The notes under the pieces are model-generated. The model had not been told where the DNA came from. It ran no database searches and saw only the letters and a list, made by a program, of their open reading frames with translations. From the NCBI GenBank assembly GCA_963702205.1, contig OY969724.1, positions 1,312,001 through 1,376,000 on the forward strand: 64,000 nucleotides of DNA. The letters run 5' to 3'. A program made the translations under genes and the position numbers. Below are positions 61,454-64,000 of this stretch, piece by piece. Source of the stretch: an uncultured candidate division Zixibacteria bacterium. Lineage in GTDB: Bacteria; Zixibacteria; MSB-5A5; GN15; PGXB01. Each line of letters begins with the position of its first letter. The stretch's first letter is position 1.

Positions 61454-62737
61454 CTATTCATATCGCAGCGACTGCACCGGATCGACCGATGAGGCTTTCA
61501 TCGCCGGGAAAAGCCCTGATAAAAACCCGATCAATCCGAGAATTAACGTAACGATTAAGCCTATTTCGAGTGAGACGGTCGGTTTGCCCATGAAGTTGAT
61601 AGCTTCCGATTGTATATCGACCCGTTTGAACGCTTCGGTCAGGACATAGGCCAGCGCCATGCCGAGCAATCCTCCAAAAAGCGTTATCCAGAGTGCTTCC
61701 AGAACAAACTGCACGAGTATGTATATCCGGCGCGCTCCGAGTGCCATTTTGATTCCTATCTCGCGGGTTCTTTCTTTGACAGACACATACATGATGTTCG
61801 CCACGCCGACCCCGGCGATTATAAGAGTCAGGGCGCCGATCATGCCGAGAAACAGTTGAATCCCGAGGGCTATTTTTTCTTCTTCTTTTTCGCTTTCGAG
61901 AATATCCCAGGTCCACAGGGCGGATTCATCGCTGGGGTTGAATTTGTGCTTGGCGCCCATGACTTCGAACAGGTGCTTTTCGACGGCTTTGTGCTGGTCC
62001 TTATTGACCGGTCGGTAAATGATATTATCAAGGTATGGGTCACTGAAAATTCCGACGAAGGTCGTGGCGGGGATGGCGATGACGTCTTCATCGCGGCCCT
62101 GATACGAGCTCTGCTGCATTTTGTGCTTCATAACCCCGATAACCGTGAAGGGTGTCCCGTTTATTGTGATAATTTGACCAACGGGGTTAACCGGCTGGCT
62201 TGATTTGCCCGTTATATCGGACGACCCTCCGGCAAACAGACGTTCATAGACCCGGTCCCCAAGGAAAGCGACCCGCCGCCGCTGTTGAATATCAATATCG
62301 TTTACGAAGCGGCCGCCCATCTGCGGGATAAAATTGCGCAGGTCCTCGTAAATCGGAAAAAGGCCGTTGATTCTTTCGTTCAGCAGATTGCTGCCGTACC
62401 GGACGTCCGCGCCCCAGCGAATATATTCACCCGAAACCGCTTCCATCTCCGGCATTCGTTCCTTTATATAATTTATATCTTCGGGAAGCAGCGATATATG
62501 ACGTCCTTTACCGAAGCCCTCGAAGGGAATCGACGTCTGTCCGCCCCACACAATGACGATGCCCTCGCCGAGCCCTTTGGTGCCGTTTTTCATCTGGTAT
62601 TTCAAACCCTCGCCGAAAGCCAGCAGGAGCATGATCGAAAGCGTTCCCCAGAGTATTGCCAGCAGAGTCAGACTCATTCTCTTGCGCTGCTTGCGAAAAT
62701 CCCGCAGGAAGACATTTATGATTACAGATGGTCTCAT
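61454..62737 (-). CDS. ABC transporter permease (MacB/FtsX type)
   Basis: 427 aa; TM1, large periplasmic domain, GVANIM..SVKERTREIGIKMALGA. Confidence 0.93.
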   Translation of the reverse strand: MRPSVIINVFLRDFRKQRKRMSLTLLAILWGTLSIMLLLAFGEGLKYQMKNGTKGLGEGIVIVWGGQTSIPFEGFGKGRHISLLPEDINYIKERMPEMEAVSGEYIRWGADVRYGSNLLNERINGLFPIYEDLRNFIPQMGGRFVNDIDIQQRRRVAFLGDRVYERLFAGGSSDITGKSSQPVNPVGQIITINGTPFTVIGVMKHKMQQSSYQGRDEDVIAIPATTFVGIFSDPYLDNIIYRPVNKDQHKAVEKHLFEVMGAKHKFNPSDESALWTWDILESEKEEEKIALGIQLFLGMIGALTLIIAGVGVANIMYVSVKERTREIGIKMALGARRIYILVQFVLEALWITLFGGLLGMALAYVLTEAFKRVDIQSEAINFMGKPTVSLEIGLIVTLILGLIGFLSGLFPAMKASSVDPVQSLRYE

Positions 62738-62743
62738 ATTTTT

Positions 62744-63979
62744 TTAAAATAGTTTCAAAGCTTTAACCGGTTCCAGTGCCGCCGCTTTGCGGGCCGGGAA
62801 AAAGCCCGACAGAAGCGCCACGATTCCCAACACGCCGACACTAATGAATGTTATAAAGGGTCTGATGACCGGAACCCCGAGTTCATCGTTCATGCCGAGG
62901 TATGGGAAAACTTTGATGATCCCGAATGCCACCAGAAACCCGAGAGTTCCGCCGAGCAGGGTCAGCAGAAGCGTTTCGAAAATGAACTGCCCCATGATAG
63001 TCTGTTTCTTGGCTCCCAGGGCCATCTTAATCCCGATTTCTTTGGTGCGTTCTTCCAGCACGACGTTCATGATATTGGTAACACCGATGCCGCCGGTAAT
63101 AAGGGTCAGGATTCCGATGAAAATCAAGAATGCCTGAAAAGCGGTGAAGAGAGTCTTCCAAAAGCGCAGGTTTTCGGTGGTGTCCCAGATCGAGAGGGCT
63201 TCCATATCGTCGGGGTCGAAATTATATTTTCCGGCCATGTATTGATAAATGGAATTCTTGGTTTGCGGCATTTCAAAAACTGTCTGCGACTGGACAATGA
63301 TGTTATTGGGATACCGGAAGCTGTACATCGTCAGGAACGTCGAAGAAGGAACAAAGCAGTTACGGCTATCGCGGCCTCCGTAGGATCCGCTTTGAACCTT
63401 TTCTTTAAGCACTCCGATCACGACAAACGGCATCCGGTTTACCAGAAGAATCTGTCCGATCGGGTCCTCGTCCGGGAAAAGTTTTTCGGCCAGCTGGTTA
63501 CCTATAAATACCACTCGTCGTTTTTCGGCAATATCGAAGGCATTAATAAATCGTCCGCCCAGCTGAGGAATAATATTCCGCATTTCACCGAATTCCGGCC
63601 AGACGCCGCTTATGTGGCAGAGCATATTATCTTTCCTGGATTTAACCGGGACGTTCCATTTACTGAATTCCGGAGATATTTTGTGGATGCTCGGATAGGA
63701 GGCTTTCATCCTGGCCACGTCTTCCTCGGTGAACCTGACGTTGCGGCCGCGCGGCAATCCCTGCCATGGTTTTGACGTGAGCCCCGGCCAGATCACGGAA
63801 ATATTTTCGCCCATCCCTTTGGCGCGGGTTTCCTGCTTGACCTGAATGCCCTTGCCGAAAGACATCAGGAGTATAATCGCAGCCGTACCCCAGAGAATTC
63901 CAAACATGGTCATGAAAGTTCGCAGCTTCTGGGAACGCATATCCCGCAGGAACTGCTTGATCGACATAAACGGCAGCAT
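62744..63979 (-). CDS. ABC transporter permease (MacB/FtsX type), paralog of the downstream gene
   Basis: 411 aa; GVTNIM..ERTKEIGIKMALGA and FPARKAA motifs. Confidence 0.93.
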   Translation of the reverse strand: MLPFMSIKQFLRDMRSQKLRTFMTMFGILWGTAAIILLMSFGKGIQVKQETRAKGMGENISVIWPGLTSKPWQGLPRGRNVRFTEEDVARMKASYPSIHKISPEFSKWNVPVKSRKDNMLCHISGVWPEFGEMRNIIPQLGGRFINAFDIAEKRRVVFIGNQLAEKLFPDEDPIGQILLVNRMPFVVIGVLKEKVQSGSYGGRDSRNCFVPSSTFLTMYSFRYPNNIIVQSQTVFEMPQTKNSIYQYMAGKYNFDPDDMEALSIWDTTENLRFWKTLFTAFQAFLIFIGILTLITGGIGVTNIMNVVLEERTKEIGIKMALGAKKQTIMGQFIFETLLLTLLGGTLGFLVAFGIIKVFPYLGMNDELGVPVIRPFITFISVGVLGIVALLSGFFPARKAAALEPVKALKLF

Positions 63980-64000
63980 CTATTGAATCTCCCGGGGAGG
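63980..64000 (-). CDS. 3' tip of an upstream gene, possibly the periplasmic adaptor of the ABC system
   Basis: Reads PPREIQ-stop directly abutting the permease ATG; identity inferred from operon context only. Confidence 0.35.
   Translation of the reverse strand, partial: PPREIQ

Overview
A 64 kb stretch of bacterial chromosome, mostly housekeeping genes. A secreted protein with a C-terminal dockerin-like tail and the overall gene set suggest an FCB-group anaerobe, possibly Zixibacteria-like; this is inference. Left to right: a small membrane protein / NoeA-like methyltransferase / sulfatase-like module, an M29 aminopeptidase, a stand-alone homocysteine methyltransferase domain, a BlaI + BlaR1(M56) pair whose sensor has 11 'SDYE' repeats, a triheme cytochrome c, a possible C-terminal selenoprotein, a sensorless kinase + NarL-type regulator ahead of amtB and a TorF-like porin, cysK, perR-katG, tRNA-fMet, a frameshifted mfd, an archaeal-type gatD, hemCD-hemB-hemL, dtxR-feoAB, rarA, bfr, lepB-hemW, ridA-MFS, an 11-subunit complex I (nuoABCDHIJKLMN), a PTS EIIA-CBS fusion, terC, a Na/Pi symporter-phoU pair and a MacB-type ABC system. 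I found no CRISPR array, rRNA, integrase or transposase. The most unusual non-coding signal is in three intergenic clusters of REP-like palindromes. There the same 21-26 bp element (CCGAAGGTCCTGAA-N3-5-TGAAGGG) sits inside several different host hairpins, and matching empty hosts occur in the same window. Other leads are the UGA + SECIS-like hairpin at 11009-11040, the bacterial gatD and the SDYE-repeat sensor. All family calls come from motif recognition, not database searches.
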